This document shows, in pieces, positions 55,824 to 64,000 of a DNA stretch of 64,000 nt. The notes beneath the pieces were generated by a model, which saw only the letters and a program-made list of their open reading frames with translations, did no database searches and was not told where the DNA came from. Position 1 is the stretch's first letter. Each line of letters begins with the position of its first letter. The translations under genes were made by a program, and so were the position numbers. Source of the stretch: Octopus vulgaris (lineage: Eukaryota); NCBI GenBank assembly GCA_951406725.2, contig OX597818.1, positions 76,570,001 through 76,634,000 of the forward strand. Reading direction: 5' to 3'.

Positions 55824-55857
<34 letters not shown>

Positions 55858-56597
55858 CATGACCATGGGTGGTACAGGTTATTGCAAAGATGATGGATAT
55901 TCTTATAGGATTCTAGTGAGTTAGTTGCTAGATGTCAAAACTTTAATGTGTCAATGCCCAGAGGAGCAAAACATTCAAGATATAGTAACTGAGAGAGAGT
56001 ATTTTCTGGCTGCATATCTCTGGACAGCTTCTGAAAGATTGACAGTATGGACAAGATTGGGAGGCGGGGTCCAGACTAGAGATACAAACTGTATGATGGG
56101 TATGCTACAAAATGTGTATATGTATGTATGTACTTAGTGCAGTAGATGATGAAGAAATATACAGCATATCATTATGTATTAAGTCTCAGTGTGAAATCAG
56201 GTTCCATGAAAACTGTCAGCAGCTGCTGAAGATGAATGTCAAACTGATTGATTTCATTGTTAGACAGCTAACCATTCCAAGCTGCTAAAATGTTTGCCAT
56301 GAGGAACAGTTTCACAGCAACACTAAATACATATGGATATGATATGTGTATGCATGCATATGTGTGTTTGTGTATATTTTATCCACACTGTATTGGTTCT
56401 TTTGTAATTAATGCCAAGGGCCAACCCTGTACTGTTATGTACGTGAAGTTGTGTCAGACACAAGATTTGTTTATATTTCATTAAGCAACCTTCAGATACA
56501 ATTATTAACAGTCTAATGGAAGGTGCGTGAATTGTAACCAGTCCAATTTGATATTGCCCAAAATACACCAACAGGGACTTGATTTGCAGCAAAACTT

Positions 56598-56631
<34 letters not shown>

Positions 56632-57590
56632 ATCATCCTTTTAACATCCACTTTTCCATGCTCACATGGGTTGGGCAAAATTTTGTTAAGGCAGATTTTC
56701 TATGGCCAACTACTTTTCCTGTCACCATCCTTCACTTGTTTCTAACAAAAGTAATATTTTCCCATGGCCAGGCATGTTTTCACAGAAGATTGGAAATGGA
56801 GAACACTGTTTGCTTGACAATTACACTCATTTACAACTATTTTGTGTGGTCAACACAAGGAGACACTAAGACATTCACACATATATACAGGTGCACACAT
56901 GCACATATTTGTGTGTGTGTGTGCATGTGTATATATATATATATGGTGGCTGTCTGCTCATTGCAGTGCTTGACCTCTTTTAGTACCTATAATTGCTTTT
57001 TCCTCACATGAGATCTAAAATTACTTTTGAGCCCTGATGAGCTGATTACATATATTGCAGCAATGTCTCATTTCAGCATTTGCTCAATTTTCTGCTTGTT
57101 TATCATGAATGTTTCTGCTTCAATCCCTCATGTGACTAAATGCACACACATCTGTTCTACCAAATCCACTCACAAAACTTTTCTGATCTGCCTGGGACTT
57201 TAATAGAAGACATGTGCATAGGTGCAATGCATTGGAAGTCAATCTGAAACCAGGTGGTTGGGAAGTGTATGTGCTCACACACACACACACACAAAATCAT
57301 CATCATCATCATCATTTAACACCATTGTCCATATTGGCATGAGTTTGACAGTTTGACCAAGGCTAGCAAGCTGAGGGGCTGCACCAAACTCCAGTCTGAT
57401 TTGGCATGGTTTCTACAGGTGGATGCCCTCCTAACACCAACCACTCCAAGAGTGTAATGGGTGCTCTTGCATGCCACCTGCATGAGCCATGACTGTTTTT
57501 ACTTGGCTCGATGGGTCTTCTACTCAAAGACGGCATATTGTCAAAGGTTTCAGTCTCATGCTTGAAAGGTGCTTTTATGTGCCACCAGCA

Positions 57591-57652
<62 letters not shown>

Positions 57653-59171
57653 TTATGCAAATATCTGCTTAGCTTTCCATGTGTCTCTATCTGTGCATTT
57701 ATCTATGTGTTTATGCCTATCTCTTTATTAATATTTCAATTCCCATATATGTTTAATACCATTAAGAAATACTTGAATAGAAAGACAGCTGTGACTAATT
57801 GATAAAATCTGACTCACCAACCTCTATCATTGTTTTTGATCTTCACATCTCCATTTACCCTTTCTCTTATACACCTCTTTTTACTCTTTCTATATTATCT
57901 CACTTCCCAAGTCCTAAACAAAATAATTTTACCACATCTTGTTCACCAAAACTGATACTATATTCTAGTACTTCTCACCTCTATTTGTTTTACCAACCAA
58001 TTTTGGCCTACTGATACTTATCCCTCTTGTTACCATATTTCTGTTAAAATTCACTGGTTTTGTTTCAAATAATTTAGAAAATTTTGAAGAATTTTGTCAA
58101 ATTACTTTGTCTTTATTAAACTGGTCTTTGTAAACTGAATTACTATGGAATTTTAATGAGAAGATTTTAATTACATCACATTAGAATGGGAATTTTGATC
58201 ATAGAACCAGGGGTGGTTTCAAGCGGGTTTGTATGAAAAAGGCTAAACAGATCAGTGATTTCATTAGTGTATTTGGAGTGGAATGGAGACTACAAAAGTA
58301 GATGACACTGTACCTTCTAATTTCATTAACATTTCTTTTTATTAAAATTAACTCTTTGCAAAGTTCTCAACTTCTATACATGTGACTCCTGGTGTCCACC
58401 AGTAGAACTTATCTGCAAGGTTGAGTTTTAGAACTAAAAACTGTTAATGTTTAAAGTGTTTATTTTTCTGCATCACTGATTGTTGTATTGCTGATTAGAT
58501 GCATTATAAGGACATTTGATATACATAATTAGTAGAGCATTGGTTAAAATGTCTTGTAGCTTTTGCTTACATCCATTTATATTTCTGTGTTCTTCAAAAT
58601 CTGTCCTTGTTGACTTTGCCTTTCATCCTTTCAAAAATCAAAATAAATTTTGATGTACAAGTATTCGATTTAATATAATCAATTGTAACTTGAAAGACTG
58701 TACCTCAGCATGGCCACAGTCCAGTGACTGAAGCAAGTGAAAATAAATATATATATGTATATATACAAGATGCAGCATATACATTTACCCATCATTTGAA
58801 CAATAATTTACCCACTATTCAAACCTAAATGGAAACATTCTTATTCACAAAATAATTTCAAATGTACACTAACACTAACATTCTTTTGTTTTATTGTTTA
58901 TCCTTAATTAAATATGGAAGCTCAAACAAAATGGGAACAAGTTATAACATTAAAAACAGCTGGTTTTGTAAGGTGATAAAATAGCTGAGGGAAGATTAAG
59001 GTCTATGGTAAAAGCAAAAGGTGACCACTTTGAATTGTAAATATATGTAAAATATTGTCAATAAATATAACAATCAACCTAAAATTTTTGATTTTATAAT
59101 AAAATGAGTAATGAATAAATATGTTTATCACACCTGGCACATGTGCATGTGTGTGTCATATATTTTTAAAA

Positions 59172-59381
59172 TTCTTATACAAGAATGTTATTAACAGTCA
59201 CTTCAAAATTTTGGCCAATTAAGCCATCATCAGACTGCAATGCATTAGAATTAGGTTTGCATTTATAAGGTCTCTGTTGAATTAAAATCATCTGACTCTA
59301 ATGTATCGCAGTCCAATGATGGCTTAACTGGCTGAAACTTTGAAGTCACTGTCAACAACATTCTTGTGTAAGAACAATAAA
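59172..59381. mobile_element. Old fold-back element with complementary-degenerate hammerhead motifs
   Basis: Arms 59172-59254 / 59292-59374; left (-) GCAGT-CTGATGA-TGGC..GGCC-AAAAT-TTTGAA-GTG-ACTGT; right (+) GCAGT-CCAATGA-TGGC..GGCT-GAAAC-TTTGAA-GTC-ACTGT; AATAAA follows. Confidence 0.7.
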
Positions 59382-60904
59382 TTTCTACTGTGCAAAAGTA
59401 TAGAGTATCCCATCAGATTAATGTAAAATTGGTTTTATTACAACTGAACATAAAATCAAACATTAATATTACACACACACATAAAATGTGTGCATATGAA
59501 AATGTATGGACTAGAGGTTAGAGTATTCAGCTCACAAAGCTCATAAAATCTTTGGTTCAATTAGGAGACATGACATGGCACTCAGTCCAATAATAACCCA
59601 TTATTAATGTTGTCACAGTTGTAATAGTAACACCGATGTGTAAATTATCATAAATTATCAACACTGTGACTGGAGTTAGAGAAACTGTGATAAGACATTA
59701 TTCCAGTCTACTTAGTTGTAAATGAGCAATAGTTAAGTGTTGGTGCTGTCCTCTCTTCTGCCAGTGTTACATTCTGCTGTGTCAAGTGTGGAAGGGCTGA
59801 GAGGAGTAATGTGTCTGCCCACGACTACTTTGGCACTTAAAACAATCAGCAAAAGCATGATACAAACTACCACATCATGCTTGCTAGTTACAGCTAAGCT
59901 TTAGAATTATGTCTGCGTGTGTGTGTGAGTGGGGGGGAGGATAGATGTATGCATAAAGACCAGCATCTCAAATTTTATTGAAACTCATTACTTATGAATT
60001 AAATTAGTTTTTTTCTGAATTTGTTTGTAGTCTTTTGTTTTTCTTTTATTTATGTTTACTGCAGACTATTTGAAAAGGTTTTAATTCATTCTTTTTTCTT
60101 TCTCTTCAATTTTAGGTAAGCCGTGTTATAGAATTTGTCTTGGGGATTTTGGTAAGGATCTTTGTTTCCTAGTTTCGTTTATTTTCAGTGTTCAAATTAA
60201 AAAGGGCAAAAAGAAAGGAGAAAAAATAGGGGGAGGGGACTTTACTTGCTCCTGTATGAATTTCTATGATTGTTTACTTTCGTTAGTATTTGGAATGTGA
60301 TTTAATTATTTTCTTTGTCCTATTTTGTATTTATTTTTTTTCCTTTTTTCATCTTCTAAACTATTTGAGTAAAACAACATATATATGTGTGTGTAGAGAG
60401 AGAAATGAACTTGTGTGTTTTGTGTGTGTTTGTACATTTACGCACACACATTTGGACATATACACATACATACTTATAAACATACATATTCATGTATACA
60501 TTTACAGACATACATTTGCATGCATTTTATGCATATACACATACATACACACATATTTACATGCACATATGCACACATACATACATACATACATTCACGC
60601 TTATATGTGTGTACATTTGTACACGTTTATGCACTCTCACATACTTATATATGTTTACATGTGCATACACACCTATACACACATTTATATAGACAGATGA
60701 ATGTGTTTATGCTTACACACATGCAAATTTTCCTTATATTTATATATACTTAAGCATGCTTGCATACATACACACACACGATCATAATATCAAGTTGCAT
60801 GTGGCCTGACCAATACTGACCACAATCTAAGATTTTCATGTGTGTGAGTGTGTATACGACCATGCATCTGTGTGTGTATAAATATATATGTGTATTTGCA
60901 TGCG

Positions 60905-61390
60905 TATTCAATATGATCTTCGAATTTTAGGCCTCACAGAAGTGACAACTAATGACAGAGACCTTTGGCAATATGCTGTGCTTGATAAGACTCATCATGT
61001 AAATAGCACCAATAAAATTGTAATCATGGCTGTTGCCAGCAGCATGATCGTCAAAATGATCATTGAATATTGGGCCTCACAGAGGCGAGGGACGAGGTGG
61101 TAAAGCATGATCCTGGAATGTTGAGCCTCACGGAGGCAATGACAAGTGAGTGAGACCTTGGTGATATGTTGTACTTGAGAAGACTCATCAAACCAAGTGA
61201 AACCATAGTCGTGACTGATGCCAGTGTCAATGGCACCTGTGAAATTGTAGTCTTGGCCATTTTTGGTGGCATGTAAAGAAGTGCCAGCTGTAAGAAACCA
61301 TGCCAAATCAGACTGGAACCTGGTGCAACTCTCTAGCTTACCAATTCCAGTCAAACCAGCATGGGAAGCAGATGTTAAATGATGATTGTG
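60905..61390 (+). mobile_element. RTE-like LINE 3' fragments
   Basis: DLRILGLTEVTTNDRDLWQYAVLDKT, with a second similar segment downstream, then the 3' UTR and (GAT)n tail; homologous to 62990-63680. Confidence 0.75.
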
Positions 61391-61870
61391 ATCATCATCA
61401 TCCTTTAAGATTCGTTTTCCATGCTGAACAGTTTGACCAGAGCTGGCAAGCTGGAGAGCGGCTCCAGGTTCCAGTCTGATTTAGCTTGGTTTCTACAGTT
61501 AGATGCCCTTCCTGATGCCAACCACTTTACAACATGTGCTAAGTGCTTCTAACATGGCACCACCACAATTGCTTTTCATGTGACATCAGTACAGGACTCT
61601 TGCAGGCCAATCTTTTTCACTAGATGGTGTGGACTTAATATTTCTGCTGTGGAGTACAGGTCCTCTTGAGTACAGCAAGGCACCCATCTGAAAAGTTCAG
61701 TGTTCTTAGGTTGTCCTTCAGTATCTCATCCCATATTTTCCTAGGTCTCCTTTTCCATGAGTTCCATCCACTTTGAGCGAACGGCACATCACATGGCCCA
61801 ATCAGTGTACACTGCATCTAATTCCTCTTATGCCTATCTTCTCTCTCAATACACTAACACTCTGTTGCAC
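61391..61870 (-). mobile_element. RTE-like LINE 3' fragment, tail-to-tail with the previous copy
   Basis: (CAT)n tail, 3' UTR, RRPRKIWDEILKDNLRTL. Confidence 0.7.
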
Positions 61871-62499
61871 ATATGCACACACCCTGATAGTGAAATAAAA
61901 CTCAGAGTAAATGTACCCTAAGTATTCACAAGTACATTACAAGTATCAAATTCACTACAATTTCTACAGTTTTTCCACCTTGTCATCACAGTTTCTCTAA
62001 CTCATTCATGTTGTTGATTATTCGCAAACTGGTGTTAGTTTTACATTTGTTACAATGTTAGCAGGAAATCTAAAACAGTTCCATATACTAAAGCATGTGT
62101 GTATTAGACCATGATTAGGAGAGTAGTGTAATGGTAATGGAGCATGGGTGATAATGGAACTGTTATAGGTTCAAATCTTGGATGTGTATACACACATGCA
62201 CTCACATGCACATATACATATATAGGATAACATTATGCCGTAAAATGCATTAAGCATTTTTTGTAATTTTCAGACACCTTAAACTCATAAGAGTGAAACC
62301 AGTTTGTGAGCCAAAGCATAACTAGACCTTGCAGGCCAGATCAGGATGATTTTTTGACCATGCTGGTTTAAAAGGTTTGTCTGGTAAGCTGGAGAGCTGC
62401 ACCAAACTCCACTATTTTTTGGCTTGGTTTCTATGGCTTGATGCCCTTCCCAATGTCAACCACTCCATAGAGTTAACTTTATTAACAATAAAAAATGGA

Positions 62500-63682
62500 A
62501 ATGCCAGAGGGAGAAACTAGAAGTATTTGATAGCTTCCGCTACCTAGGTGACCAAGTTTGTAGTGAGGGTAGATGCTCTGAGAGCATTGCCACTTGAATA
62601 AGAATAGCCTGGGCAAAGTTCAGAAAGCTCCTACCTCTACTGGTGACAAAGGGCCTCTCACTCAGAAGGAAAAGTAGACTGTATGATGCATGTGTGTGAA
62701 CTGCCATGCTACAAAGCAGTGAAACCTGGGCCATGACTGTTGAGGATATATGTAGGCTTGATAGAAATGAAGCTAGTATGATCCACTGGATGTGTAATGT
62801 CAGTGCGCACACACAACAGAGTGTAAGCATCCTGAGAAAAATGTTGGATATAAGAAGCATCAGATGTGGTGTACAAGAGAGACGACTGTGCTGCATATGG
62901 ATGAGAACTGTTTGAAGAAGTATCATTCCTTAACAGTGCAAGGAACCTATGGAAAAGGGAGACCCAGGAAGACATAGGATGAAGTGGTGAAGCACGACCT
63001 TCGAACATTGGGCCTCACAGAACGAATGACAAGAGACCGAAACCTCTGGAGATATGCTGTGATTGAGAAGACCCGGCAAGTAAAATAAGATCACAGCTGT
63101 AGCCTGTACCAGTGTCGCATAACCAGCCCATTTAAAAAGTACCTTTGAATCATTGGGTGACACGCCGTGCTTGAGGAGACCTATTGAGTCAAATAAAATC
63201 AAAATCACAATCGGAATCTCAATCAAATCGAATTCAAAATGGAAATTGTAGTTGTGGCTGATGCTAGTACTACCTGACTGGCTCCTATGCTGGTGGCACG
63301 CAGTAAGCACCTTTCATGCACAGGCCAATGCCAGTGCTGCTTGACTGGCTTCCCGTGCTAGTGGCACTTAAAAAGCACCATCCTAATGTGGTCGATGGTG
63401 GGCCCCTGCCTACACCCCAACTGGCTCCTGTGCCGCTAGCACATAAAAAGCACCATCTAAACATGGCGAATGCTAATGTCACCTGGCTGGCTCCCGTGCC
63501 GGTGGAATGTAAAAAGCACCTACTACACTCTCAGAGTGGTTAGCATTAAGAAGGGAACCTAGCTGTAGAAACCCTGCCAGATCAGATTGGAGCCTGGTGC
63601 AGCCTCTTGGCTTGCCAGTCCCCGGTCAAACCGTCCAACCCATGCCAGCATGGAAAATGGATATTAAACGATGATGATGATG
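62500..63682 (+). mobile_element. 5'-truncated RTE-like LINE (RT C-terminus, 3' UTR with minisatellite, (GAT)n tail)
   Basis: FRYLGDQV...RIAWAKFRKLLPLL...LYDACV*TAMLQSSETWAM. Confidence 0.88.
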
Positions 63683-64000
63683 TTAGCAAAGTTTGTGTGT
63701 AGAGATGTGTGCTAAAAATCTCAGCCACATATTCATCATTTTAATGTCCATTTTTCAATGCTTGCATGGATCACATGGAGTTCATCGAGACAGATTTTTT
63801 ACACAACATCCAGCTATAAAATCCTTCCTCAAAGAACATGTACATCCAACCCAAGCAAGCATGAAAAGATAGATATAAAATAAATGAATACAATTATAAT
63901 TGAACAAAGTCATTACTCACAAGTATGACCGAGTAGCTTGTACTATGCTTTCACTAATTGTTCTAGGTGCAGAAATAGGCATCCTGCTGGCCCTCACATC

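Larger units (their letters stand above)
55127..55828. mobile_element. Young fold-back element with hammerhead in each arm (Penelope-like inverted pLTR), within (TA)n
   Basis: Arms 55245-55514 / 55558-55828 are near-identical reverse complements; 43-bp spacer; ~118 bp extension on the left; (TA)n on both flanks. Confidence 0.85.

Noticed and set aside
57030-57085. CTGATGA followed by a GCTGA...TCAGC stem
   Set aside because: GAAA and stem III are absent, so it cannot be called a hammerhead.

Overview
AT-rich, repeat-dense animal DNA with no confidently identifiable host exon; probably a large intron or intergenic region. The SINE families and the (TA)n/(CA)n load resemble an Octopus genome (inferred from remembered repeat sequences, not searched). 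Contents: two abundant tRNA-like SINE families; degraded non-LTR retrotransposons (R4/Dong-like, two RTE-like types, CR1-like); a full-length decayed Tc1 element; mariner and TTAA-flanked MITEs, including a three-level nest; a local ~0.8 kb duplication; and a 1.24 kb compound microsatellite. The main signal is five unrelated short non-coding elements, each with a type I minimal hammerhead ribozyme motif and a palindromic or near-palindromic stem III. Four are head-to-head fold-backs and one is a 1.5-mer tandem of a 430-bp unit; most sit in or next to (TA)n tracts. This matches Penelope-like pLTRs/retrozymes. The copy at 55711-55795 looks catalytically intact. Nearly all ORFs in the supplied track are spurious or transposon-derived. 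Repeat coordinates were read by eye and are approximate.
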